Under the pieces are notes generated by a model. The model saw only the letters and a program-made list of their open reading frames with translations, did no database searches and was not told where the DNA came from. Below, piece after piece: positions 33,418 to 34,635 of a stretch of 34,635 nucleotides of DNA (the stretch's first letter is position 1; the number at the start of each line of letters is the position of its first letter). The position numbers and the translations under genes are program-made. Origin of the DNA: Toensbergia leucococca (lineage: Eukaryota); the NCBI GenBank assembly GCA_022813965.1, contig JALDZS010000228.1:1-34635 (forward strand). Reading direction: 5' to 3'.

Positions 33418-34635
33418 GGAGCCTTGGTAGCTTGCCTTTGTCCAGGAAGCCAAAAAGTCAAAAAGCCAAATTGCAAAAGGTCATCCTGGAGTTTAGCAAG
33501 GGTGAGTACGATTTCGGATTGCTCCTCCTCGGTCAGTCAGGATTCGTCCTCTCGCAGTATCGCATAAACCGAGGAGGCCGTCGATTTTCTCGGCAGTCAA
33601 GCCCCCCATCATCCATCATCCATGGCCCCTACCCCCTGCAAGTCGCATCCAACAAATGGGATTTCTAGGCGATTTAGTGCCGTTGCCGTGTCCCTTAGTT
33701 TTATCAGCTAACTTTTCGATAGCAAGAAGTTGTCCTCCATGGATAAGACGCCCGATGCGCCGAGGTAACGACCGCCTGCGCTGGATTAGGGTTGCTGTCG
33801 AGCCTAAATACCGATCATGGTCCGGGATCAAATTTACACTGGAAGTCGATCTTGTCTTCACTCTCCATACCTCAAACACGACACCAAATCTGTCCATGAT
33901 TATCCGTAAATGACTCTCATTCGTTAACCACGACTAGTCAAATACTCGGTTGGCCATGGCGAGCTGGCAACTCCCGCCCCAATAGAATAAGTGGTGTACA
34001 AAGTCAGCTGGCCCGTGGTCACGTATCGCCGCCTATTCTAGCAAGATTCCGCTCCAAGTATTCAGTACTTTTATTCGCACATCGACACACAGTCAAAGCC
34101 ACTCAGCGGCGGGAACTAGAGACTCTGCTGATAGTTTACGCTTTGAATGGTTTCCTGGAAGCGGTGATCCTCCGTAAGCGCTGTTACCACAACATTCCAC
34201 TGTCGAATCGTATGCACCCCATGTTCCCTTATCCGCTGATTCGTCATTGATTGCACGGTAAATTTTAGCGACAGTCCTGAAATCTGAGGGAATTAAATCG
34301 AATTTCTACCCTTTAATGTGCTTTATCCCGTTAGAATTACTTTACTAACAATCCACCCGTGACTCAAATGTGGCTTTCTTGCCTTCCAGCTGTCCAAAGG
34401 GTCATTTGGCTTGGCTTAGGCCCATTGATCAGCGGGCCTTTCATCCAAAGGTTGTTGTTGTAATCTCCGTAGAGCACACGGGCTTGTTGGATTTGCTACG
34501 AGTACTCGTATCCTGTTAGTGTCAGGCCTCCAAAGTACACTTCGATGTCATACTCGTACCTTCTTCCTGAGTCCTGGCGTTGCATTGAAAATCATCCCCT
34601 AGATACTTTAACTTCATCGTTTGATGATCGTAACT

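Overview
This is eukaryotic genomic DNA from a filamentous ascomycete (Pezizomycotina-type GT..CTRAY..YAG introns, mostly 48-82 nt). I resolved ten protein-coding genes by hand, with exon phases checked: GH3 beta-glucosidase (+), (6-4) photolyase/cryptochrome (-), DUF3074-like protein (-), an intronless uncharacterised protein (-), ERG24 sterol C-14 reductase (-) head-to-head with an MRL1-like mannose-6-phosphate-receptor-domain gene (+), an RBR E3 ligase (-), a Prf-like Zn2Cys6 transcription factor (-) head-to-head with a PXA-domain gene (+), and a CENP-B-like HTH gene lacking a DDE domain (-). I found no intact transposon, rRNA, canonical tRNA or CRISPR array. The best unexplained signals are non-coding: (1) a tRNA-like Pol III cassette (A-box-like motif, ~56-nt hairpin, exact B box, T6) at 22566-22680 that does not fold as a tRNA; (2) a 732-nt intron with a structured 5' end in the PXA gene; (3) an intron-split uORF before the CENP-B-like gene; (4) a recurring C-rich to G-rich strand-skew switch at the 3' ends of convergent genes, which also hints at an unannotated transcript at 18.2-19.0 kb; (5) a four-hairpin cluster at 19197-19372. 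The RBR ligase has Gln in place of the RING2 catalytic-triad His. Family names come from motif recognition, not database searches. I cannot show that any of these is a new biological system.
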